Shown here: positions 38,041 through 47,622 of the stretch, in pieces
How the letters are laid out: every line of letters begins with the position of its first letter
Position numbering within the stretch: position 1 is the stretch's first letter
Assembly: GCA_051942165.1 (NCBI GenBank)
Contig: JAVECS010000012.1
Location: 1-47,622 of the forward strand
Origin: Circinaria calcarea
Lineage: Eukaryota
Direction: 5' to 3'
Length of the DNA stretch: 47,622 nucleotides
The notes under the pieces: generated by a model
What the model was told of the DNA's origin: nothing
Databases searched by the model: none
Seen by the model: the letters and a program-made list of their open reading frames with translations, nothing else
Translations under genes and position numbers: made by a program

Positions 38041-39016
38041 CTATTTCAAGCACGCTTGCAAACTTTCCAGTACCTAGATAGTTGTCAGACTTAGAAATGC
38101 TGTGGTAATGGAGGGTACAGAATGCTACCTCGAGCTCAATCTTCGCCTCAGCAATATCCTGCTCACTTCCACTACCGCTAGCAATCTTTTGAGCCTCACT
38201 AATTTGCGACCGTACAGCCTATGGGAATGACCGTATTAGCTCCAGAATGGTATACAGAAGACGAGGCGCAACATACTTCAGCGCTAAAATCTTCGAGAGG
38301 AAATCCCTCTACGGCATTGATACTGAGCTGAGAATTCGGCTGCACAATGGCAAATCCCCCGGATACTAAATCAATGGCTTATGAGTTAACCCAAAATCCC
38401 CAAAAAGCTGTTTCAAAGCTGTAGATCTGCCCTGGGAAGGCAAGAAGATTGTGGTGTATGCGGATTGGCTGCTTCGAAGACGTCTCCACGGGTACACCCA
38501 CGGAAGAATTGCTTGCTCCCACCACTTTCTTCAATTATCTCCACTAACCCGGGCTTCAATTGCTCAATTGACGGAACATGGTTGGCGAGTACCCCCATTT
38601 CCCCGGACTCTGCAGGAATGTTGATTTGTACGCTGTATACCAAATCAACTTCAGCGAACCTCAGGCTGCCGTGGAAGCCAAATGGCGCAGACGCAATCCT
38701 GCCGTTACGTACACATCTGTAGACTTGTAGATTGACTTTTCATGAGCAGAACATCAGCACGAACCAGCAGCCATGTACAGTTAATTTCTTGGACTCTTGC
38801 GAGGTGAGCTCCAACTGACTAATAGACGGGACATACTTGATGTGGAAGCGCCAAGCTACAGATGTTAGCCATACTCATGGACACTTGCGGTGGAATGACC
38901 TACCTCAGCTTGATTTTATCGGAGACTGCATCTGCCAACCCTCTGCGCTGTAAGGAGAGCGCGATTGTGGTCGAACGGGTGCGAGCGGTTGCCCGTAGAA
39001 TTCGAAGGGAGTTCAT
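38041..39016 (-). CDS. ATP16: Mitochondrial F1 ATP synthase delta subunit, 7 exons
   Basis: Exons 39016-38904, 38855-38837, 38735-38713, 38632-38502, 38365-38277, 38218-38129, 38073-38041. Arg-rich presequence, KIKLSLALPHQSIYK, QINIPAESGEMGVLANHVP, FFLSGGFA, AEAKIELEVLE. Confidence 0.95.
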
Positions 39017-39213
39017 GGTGATTGATGTGAGATATCTCTACAGCAGCATTGGGACCTCGTCGACTGAGTAGGGCTGGGGTGAAGCTCCAAGCACGTGACG
39101 ACCTAGTCCAAATCTAGAAGCGAGCTACCATACGGCTTACCAGTACCGAGGCACGTCCAGCAGCCAGCTTACACAAGTAGCTTTACTCCACTTACCTTGA
39201 TCATCAATTCTCC
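39017..39213. promoter_or_regulatory. Short bidirectional promoter between ATP16 and the lipase, with CACGTGAC at 39092-39099
   Basis: 197 bp between divergent start codons with a central E-box. Confidence 0.5.
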
Positions 39214-40242
39214 ATGGATACGGTGGCGATTGAAGAGGGATGGCACACGCTGCCTGATGGCACAGAGCTCTACACAAAATCTTGGAAAGTAGGCTCAGTC
39301 CAGCTCAACCTTCCATTGCTTTCGTGTTTCTAGTCCGCTCTGCTCAACTGACACTACTAAACGCGTAGCCCCCTGCGCCTTCCGCTGTTGTTATATTCGT
39401 TCATGGATTCAGTGATCATTGTAATCGCTATTCGGACTTGTTTGCTAGCCTAGCACGCCGCAACATACTAATCCATGCCTTCGATCAAAGGGGATGGGGC
39501 CGCTCCGTCAAGAAGCCATCCGACAGAGGTGCGACAGGACCTACACCTCAGGTGCTGACGGATATCACATCTGTCATCCAGGCGCATCTCCCCTCTCCCG
39601 TACCGTTATTTTTGATGGGTCACTCCATGGGTGGTCAAGAGATACTGCAGTATGCCGCTTCAGGGCCAGAGGATGTAAAGAAACAGATTAGTGGCTTCCT
39701 CGCAGCGGCACCTTTCATAAGATTACATCCAGTCTCTGAACCGAATCGATTGACGGTTGTTGCAGGCAAACTGGCCGGGAAGCTCCTTCCAAATTGGCAG
39801 ATGGTTAGCAAGCTTGATTCGGGGTGGATGTGTCATGATGAGGCAATGTGTAAGAGTTGGGAGGAAGATGAGCTATGCCATGATACAGGAACCCTGCAAG
39901 GTCTGGCCGGGATGTTGGAACGGGCGGAAGAGCTTGATAAGGGTTTGGTTACGATCAAAGACTGGCCCGGATGCCGTATTTGGCTTGGGCATGGGACAGG
40001 AGATAGAGTCACTCATCACAAAGCCACAGTCACGTTTATGGAAAATCTACAGGTTAGAGATAAGGCCATTCAGCTCTATGCAGATAGCTATCATTGCAGT
40101 ACGTGTTCTCCACGGTTTTTTCCAGGCATTTGCTGATGGTGGGAAAGTACATCTTGAGCCAGAGCACAAGGAGCGATTTATTGCTGATGTTGCGGAGTGG
40201 ATTCTTGTTAAAGCGAAAATAGATGCCCGGAGCAGATTATAA
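39214..40242 (+). CDS. Alpha/beta hydrolase, monoglyceride lipase/lysophospholipase (Yju3-like), 3 exons
   Basis: Exons 39214-39288, 39369-40098, 40148-40242. FVHGFSDH, FDQRGWGRS, nucleophile GHSMGG, HGTGDRVT, YHCIHLEP. Confidence 0.9.
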
Positions 40243-41039
40243 GCTCGTCCGAGTGAGAAAGTGACGGAGTTCCAGCGATACCATTATTATATTATCAATA
40301 CATTTCGCGCTCTATTACACAGCATCCTAAGACTTCCTTAGGCTACGAATACACCAGGATCAAATCTATCGGGATGCGTTAGCCGATCTGAAATACTACA
40401 GCGAGGACAAATCATGCGGAGCAATACTATAGGCTGCCAAGCTTTCTGTTGGGAGCCGCTATATTTATACAATGCGATTGGGCGTACCAAAAGAACTTTG
40501 CTGTTTGGTTGTTGCTCTCGCCTCTATGTGGACATCACCAGAAGAGTTCTTGGAGTTTACCTTGAATACATTTAGGCCAGCACGCCCTCATGTATACTGG
40601 ATCTTGGACTCTTAGGTATATTGGTGCTTCAAACAAAAGACAAACGAGGTCGATGTGCAAATGTCGTTGTGGAGGAATCACAATTGTATTTTGTACTAGT
40701 TTTTAGAGGTCAAGTTTTCTTGAGCTGAACGTCAATCCACTTGAGGTCCAAGGTGTTAGCTAGAGCGGCTCGATTTCATGATGCCTTGCAATACTGGATG
40801 AGAGGTGAATATCGCATGAGAGACTCTACGTTTTTGATATTAAATATAGTAGTGATCTCTACTCCCCTGCCTCGATTGCCTTGGATAAGTCGACCGGGCC
40901 AAGTCACTGCGACAGCGAGTACAACTTAATCTTCAGAAGTCCGTTATTTCTATCGGCGACGAAATTTATAGTTTTATACACTGCGTCAAATGGTTCTGAT
41001 GAAGGAGAGCTCTATTCGAAACAGGGTGGTTGACTGCTA

Positions 41040-42472
41040 TCATACCTCACGATGCTTCATTTTCCTCCAAACTCCCAAGAACCCACCTGCGGTGATTCTA
41101 TCGCCAATCTTCGGTTTACATATCATTTCCCATTGGCCCTTTCCTTGCAAGAGTGTCTCTGAGTCCGTTTCATCTTTGATCATCGGGTCTGAAATCGGCT
41201 TCTCCAATTTCGTCTTGCTCTCAGCCCGCTCAGCGGTATCGCCTTCTACCATCACGGCATCCATTTTATCTGTTTTCTCTTTTGCTGCTCTCACTAATGC
41301 CCTTGGTTTGACGGCACGGACATCCCATTCTCGTCCGCCGGTCATGCTTGAGCCTGTTTCAAGCACACGATCAAGCGCAAGAGGTAGCTTCATCTTCCGG
41401 ATTAACTCGACGCAAGCCATTATTTGCGTTATACTTGGATTGAATACCAGCATTGTTCCATCAATGTGCATCACTGAAGCGGCTTTGGCAATATAAAGGT
41501 GTGATGCTGGGAGATCTAAGATGACATGAGACAGGTATTCCCGCTTCCCTAGCCTCTCTCCATTCCGCTCTGTGCATTGGTGATCAATCCATTCGTTGAC
41601 GTTATCAACATGAAATTCGACATCCCCGGCATATATTCCTCGCCTAAACCCATAGACTATCTTTTGGGCATGCCGGGAATGTTTCTCTGACACATCCACG
41701 GTATGAACGACCGCCCTACGCCGAATCCTCCATTGCTGCAGGATACCCGAGCCTGAACGCTTAACTTCAGTGGGGATGCTTTCTATCGGACTTGATTCTG
41801 GTTTGATGTCGGCCATCGAGCTGGCTGTCGGCTTCTCCTGCGAATTCGATTTGTCCATTTCAGCCTTCAGTTGCGCGAGGACCTGTGGAGGCAGTTTAGG
41901 GTTGGCTGTATGAATGGCCCTCGCCAAGTGCAGAGTCAAAGCACCATGACCTGTACCTGCCTCGAGGATTTCTAGAGGGGCATCCACAGGTATACATTCC
42001 GGTGGGGATGCATGGATATCAAGCAGTGCGACCATTAGATTGGCATCGGGGGGATATACCTACTGATATTTACATTAAACATTCACGGGGTCCATTGTTC
42101 ATACTCGAAAACTTACGGGAGTGACCAGGCGCGGAGTTAAGGTAGTATAGTCATGTAATGTTGGAATATAAACACGAAGCTCACGACCCGTACTAGTCAC
42201 CACAACGTCTCGAGCTCCTTTACCGATGAGGGCCTCATGGCTGATACTTCCCCACCGAGAAACTGTGGTCTTACCAGGCCGCAGCGGCTTGGTGAAGAGT
42301 GGCGTTTTGGACTCATCTTTCACTCGGAGCAGTACACGGTCACCCTCTGGTAACCTTAGCTTTGTGGACTCTCTGCACTCAATCCGGATTGAACATTACC
42401 TGCTATTCTGTGGGCACCTGACGTGAACCTTCTCCGGCAGTCCAAACATAGACTTCTAGCCCAGGGCCGCAT
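41040..42472 (-). CDS. tRNA (adenine58-N1) methyltransferase, Trm61/Gcd14 family, probably mitochondrial, 3 exons
   Basis: Exons 42472-42400, 42346-42117, 42059-41040. GSISHEALIG, TPRLVTPVYPPDA, LEAGTGHGALT, ILDLP, FNPSITQ. The exon 1 start is inferred. Confidence 0.82.
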
Positions 42473-42767
42473 AGAATTTGTAACGTCCTCTTTGAAAGAG
42501 TGCAACTGAAGGGTAGTTTACCAGCAATCAGCATGTGAATGACGATCTGACAGTCAGAAGTTATCGGGGGCTAAAGCATATGTTTCGTTTGTCGCGTAGC
42601 TTACTGTTAAGGGTCGACTGCAACTGGTTTCGGTGCAGCCCTATCGAGCGCGTGTCGCTGCTCGCTACTGTACAGCTGCCGAGGAGTTCAACCGGAAAGC
42701 TTCGTTTCAACCTTTGAGCTTCCAGGCCTTTGGAGCTGGAAGATTCTGCCGGTGCAAGTGAGAGCAG

Positions 42768-44397
42768 ATGGCTACAAATGGAGAATCCGCCTTCCTCACC
42801 GAGGCTCGAGCGAAGGGGCGACCGGTTGTGAAGGGTATTTGTCCGTGATCTGAGGGAGCTTCCTTCAGCTAATTGATCTGCTTATAAAGAACCCCCCAAA
42901 TTCGATCTCGATGCCTACATTGCCAACTACAAAGGTGAGCTCTACTTTGCAAAAGCAAGGTCCAAGAGGGTCTGACTAACGTCTTGCTCAAGGTAAGACA
43001 AGGTTCGATCGACTCTACCTTATCGGAACATGTTCATCCTACTTTTATCTTGAAGCCCTGAGAGCAGCTGTTGCGGAGGCAAAAAGGGGAAAAGACGTTG
43101 GCCGGTATGAAGCCGCTGTCGCCGCCCTCCACAAAGTGGCTCCGAATGATCCAGACGCAATCGCGGACCCGGTTTGGTTAGATAGAACCAGGAAACAAGT
43201 GAAGTTGGAGTCAGATCGACTGGAAGGCGAACTGAAGGGTTACAAGAATAATCTCATCAAAGAGAGTATACGGGTAGGTCCAAACTCTACGGCTGGTACG
43301 GTGACAAGGCAGCGACTAATTGACTTCATGCCGCGTAGATGGGCTACATTGATCTCGGTCTACACCTTCAACGTATCGGTGATCTTCCAAATGCCAGTAA
43401 AGCTTTTGCACGCATGCGAGACTATTGTACCACCCCGTCGAACGTTGCCGAAATGTCATTCTACATCATACACGCTTCCGTGGAGCAAGGAAACTGGCTA
43501 GCCGTTCAATCGAACGTCCAAAAGATCCGCGGTATCAACTTGAAACCTGGAGACGCCGAAAAGGCTCAGGCAAAGCTTTCCGCCGTAATGGGACTTGCCC
43601 AGCTCTCGTCAGGCAACTACAGGGACGCCGCCAATAGCTTCTTAAGCACCGACCCCCGCATGCTCCAAGCCCGTCTTGATGATCCTATGGACCCTGAAGC
43701 CTACAACGAAATCCTCACTCCTAACGACATCGCTGTTTACGGAGGGCTTTGTGCGCTTGCGTCCATGACACGCAACGAACTACAATCCCGCGTCCTCGAA
43801 AACTCTAACTTCCGTAACTACCTTGAACTGGAACCTCATGTACGCCGTGCAATCTCCTCCTTTGTGTCTTCCAAGTATTCCTCCAGCCTCTCTATACTCG
43901 AATCCTACAAACCGGATTACCTGCTTGATCTCCACCTCCAACGGCATGTGCCAGAGCTGTATTTTCATATTCGCAGGAAAGCCATTGTGCAGTACTTTAT
44001 CCCATTCTCTTGCGTCACACTCGCCACGCTAGCATCAGCTTTTCATGTGGACGAGCAACGGATTGAGCACGAACTCATCGACATGATCAACCGTGGTTCA
44101 CTCGACGCGCGCATCGACCTCGAAGAGAGAGTCCTGCTTGCCAATCAGATTGATGAGCGTCAGAATGTGCATGAAAGCGCGTTGGCTATGGCAAAGCAAT
44201 ATGCGCGCACCTGCCAGTTGAGGATATTGCGCATGGAGATACTAGGCGCAGGGTTAGAAGTCAAGGGGTCAAAAGCACAGGGTGGACTGGGGATGGGTGT
44301 TGGGGATCAGTCAAGTTTCGGGAGCATGTCGGGAGATATCTTCAGGGGTACGGAAGGCAAAGGCAAGGCAGGGTTGAGAAGCGGGGCGAATTTTTGA
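42768..44397 (+). CDS. CSN1: COP9 signalosome subunit 1, 4 exons
   Basis: Exons 42768-42834, 42890-42934, 42993-43273, 43339-44397. FDLDAYIANYKG, LKGYKNNLIKESIRMG, RMRDYCT, YGGLCALAS and a PCI domain (LDARID). Confidence 0.93.
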
Positions 44398-46055
44398 TAG
44401 ATGACATGGAAGAAGATGAGGTGATCAAGGGAGAGCATTGTGCCATCATAGCGACGGCGTTGGGACGATCTGATGACTGATGAGAGATAGGTTCTAGCAG
44501 GTATAGGAACCTCCAGGCAGACCTTGCATCCATTACCGGATTAACTTCCGTGGTCTCCGTGCACACCAGACAAGTACCGTCGTAGTATCATTTCAGTTCC
44601 TATTGTACATGACTGTTCACAAACGGTACATTCGAGCCCATGGGTTTTATTCATGCACCATAGGCGCTCTGGACACCCTTCACCAGCACTCACTCACCTC
44701 TCATTACACATGTCCCGGAAGCAAAGGCTTCTTCGTCCCCTCCATGCCGGAAAGGCTACGTTCGGCGCCAAGAGTTGCCATTGTATCCCTTGAGGCTATA
44801 CCATGTCAATAAGCAGTCCGGCCTTTGGATTTGGTGAAAAGCCCAAAGGTACTTTCTACCAGCAGATATGAGACAAGTACCGTGGTCAGGCCAACCGCCA
44901 AGGTACTGTGAGTTGAATACTACGATTATATGGGGGTCTCCCCGAAGGAAACCTTACTATTACTTCTGTAAGCCTATTATGCTAATGAGGATTTCCGGGG
45001 GTTTCTTCCAAGGGAAAAGCCTACTATTACTTTTACAACAAATCAGTTAAATCAGGCTAGAAAACATATATCGCGGCTTCAGTTCGGCAACTAGCTTGCC
45101 GTACAGAGAGCTAGCACCTGTTTCCCGTGTTTGGTTCCCTCCGATGTAGAAACGCTACGGGCCCTTTGCTACCCCTGGACTGTAGTACTTAGTACTTCCT
45201 ATTCCTTGCCTTGAGCGGAGGCCGGTCGAGACTCTACTGTTCGCCGCATGATGCTCCCTTGATCCGAATGGCTGTGGCCGGCGCGAAGCCTGGATGATAT
45301 CTATTATGGCGCCACGACGCTTTTTTTCTCTTCTTTTTTTGGATAGACTATCGCACGGTGCTATCTTTCTGGCTCGGTCAGCTCGCCCGACCGCTATATT
45401 ATAACATAACTTCGGCGGAGTTCCACCGCGAGGCTGTGATTGAGGGCATTCAGTCACACACGGCAGGGAAAAGTCTGGGTGAAGGCACAAGGGCTTTGGT
45501 TCGGAAAGAAAAGGATTGCATGCAGCTGCAGAATGGGGAAGAAGATCGACGGCGTGCCGCAGGACTAAGCCATACTAGAAGCGCACCTTTCCCGATCCTC
45601 TCTTCGCAATCGACCGATTCTGCCCCGATGCGGGTTGGGTGGCGTATCTCTCACCCCGCCGTTAAAGTGGAGGGGACACGGATCATGCAGGTGCAAGGGG
45701 AGCTCCTCCATTCCCACTCCTATCAGATCGATTGTAGATGCGGATCACCACGTTTCTTGGTGCATCCTGTCACCGACTACCATATAGGACGCCAAATCAG
45801 CCTGGTCGTCCCCCTCTCTCCCTGTAAAGCTGGCGCCACATGGGAGGACAGCCCGCCGGCATCTGTGACATCCATGACGAGAATCGCAACTGGCCCGGCT
45901 TGGGCACGAGCCGTAGATTTCCATCGTCGTGGCCATTCCGGGTGAGGTAGCATTTCTAGAGAGTTACTGAGCCTCTCTCTCACATAAACTCAATTCTTTC
46001 ACGTCTGGCCTTGCCTTCAACGTCCTTTCGAGAGGAACAACGTTGAACCGCCGGG

Positions 46056-47622
46056 ATGCCTCAATTAAAGGGCCAAACAAGTATACCGGGAAACTTGTCC
46101 CGCCAAAATTCGTCAACGGAGCGGAGTCGTTCCTTATATAGCACCCCGAGTAGCAGAAGTTCTTCGCGCGGTACCTTTGGGCATCGTGCTTTGGAACCAA
46201 CAATTTATTCGCAGTCCGCATTCAATGCATCGTCCGACCGTCTACAGAAAGCGCCTGCCACTACAAGCCGAACGTCACAATCGTCCGGAGTGAGACGATG
46301 GGATGGTAACCAGCGGACCAAGATTGGTTGGGATTGCCTGCGTAAGGTACGCAATTCACATCGAATTTGCGCTATGGCAGAACGTGTAGCTGATCAGCTT
46401 TGCGAATTCCAGGATCCAGAGTTATGGTTTCCTGGCGGCGATTGCCTGGTGCACTTTTACGAAGAGGGTCAATCAAGAAGAGGACCATCGCTTCGATTGC
46501 TGCTTGCAGAGATCGAGTCGAGCAACTGCAGACCGCTACTCGAGATATCGTGCTCACGCCCTGTACCCGAGTCACCGTCTTCCACCGCCTCTAGCAGCTC
46601 ATCTGACAGTGGCTACGGCCGCAGTCCTTTGGGTGCTAGAAAACACAAGCTTTACATCCCCGCGCCTGCCCACTTGAGCAGGGAAGAGGCATTCCAATAT
46701 CACCTCACAACGCGAAACTTCTTTGCGTGGATGTTCGAGAAACCGTTAGTAGGGCCCCGACTTGGCGAGGCTTTGGTATCCCTTCAAGAGAGAATGGATG
46801 CCTTTAGGCCAGATAAGAAAGAAAACCGAGATGACATACTGGCGTACCTCGACCTTCAAGGTTACACGGATTTCCGGGAGTGTCCCGATCATGCCCTGGC
46901 GGTACTTCAATTTAGTGAGAGATTCGAGCATCGGGACCTGTGGACCGATGCCTTTGTACACTGCGCGGGTATGAACGACAGACTAATCGGTAGCAGCGAA
47001 TTCGAGGTATGTTTCGATAATATCTCCCTCTGCGTCTAATTCTGACATGAGGACAGGCGGTCTCAAGGACATCCAAAGCACTTATTACCCGAGCTCATCT
47101 CGAGATGGATATCCGACTTGACCACGTAGGAAAATCGCTTGGAAATTTCCTCGAGGATGACCTTTCGGAAGCTTATCTTGGCCTCCCGGATGAGGCCCGA
47201 GGACATCTGGAAAGATTCAGGTCCTTCCTGCATTCCTTCTACGTTCAAAAGCATGGGTACTGGCCCCCTGCTCGGGCCAACCGTGGGGTTGCCCTATTCC
47301 CGAAGTCTATTCTGCGATCCATGTACTTTGATTTCCGGTGCTTGTATGATTATTTGGTGGATTCCAACTCATACTCTTCCCCAGAAGGTGTCCTACACAA
47401 TGATCGTCCAGGAGACGGTGGCATTTGCGCCCTACAGAACCTGGCAGCCTTTGACAGGAGACACAGATTCACTCCCCTGCCATATCTCTTGCCTCGTGTC
47501 CCAGAAACCACAACCTTGCTACGCGGACAGAAATCTACTGGTTTGTCAAGAGTTTTCAGGAACAAGCACGCGAAGATCGAACGCCGCATGGCCACGCTAG
47601 GAGCCTTGACCGGGGCAACAAA
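46056..47622 (+). CDS. Conserved fungal hypothetical protein, runs off the 3' edge
   Basis: Exons 46056-46346, 46413-47006, 47057->47622. RRWDG..WDCLRK/DPELWFPGGDCLVHFY, HLTTRNFFAW, LWTDAFVHCAGM, FRSFLHSFYVQKHGYWPP. The 5' start is uncertain. Confidence 0.8.

Noticed and set aside
45358..45945. 195-aa ORF as an upstream exon of the last gene
   Set aside because: An in-frame TGA at 46044 and no AG before ATG 46056 prevent joining, and there is no recognisable domain.

Overview
Eukaryotic DNA: a gene-dense, intron-containing housekeeping region of a filamentous ascomycete (Pezizomycotina). I reconstructed about 19 protein-coding genes by hand from GT-AG introns. In order: an LRR protein, PP1 catalytic subunit, SAR1, a DUF2457-like protein, an LYRM5/ETFRF1-like protein, a SAM methyltransferase, CCR4, high-affinity cAMP phosphodiesterase, an Rdx/SelW-like protein, G-protein gamma, eIF3a, a hypothetical protein, the NatB catalytic subunit, an orphan ORF, ATP synthase delta, a monoglyceride lipase, a Trm61-like methyltransferase, CSN1, and a 3'-truncated conserved hypothetical gene. 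I saw no transposon, tRNA, rRNA or CRISPR. Three signals stand out. (1) A cryptic last intron in PP1 would give two C-termini, with or without the CDK-inhibitory TPPR site. (2) The PDE N-terminus holds a split, degenerate response-regulator receiver domain. (3) A protein-like 37-aa uORF with a PKA consensus site lies in the long, probably spliced PDE leader. Exon boundaries were read manually and no database search was run.
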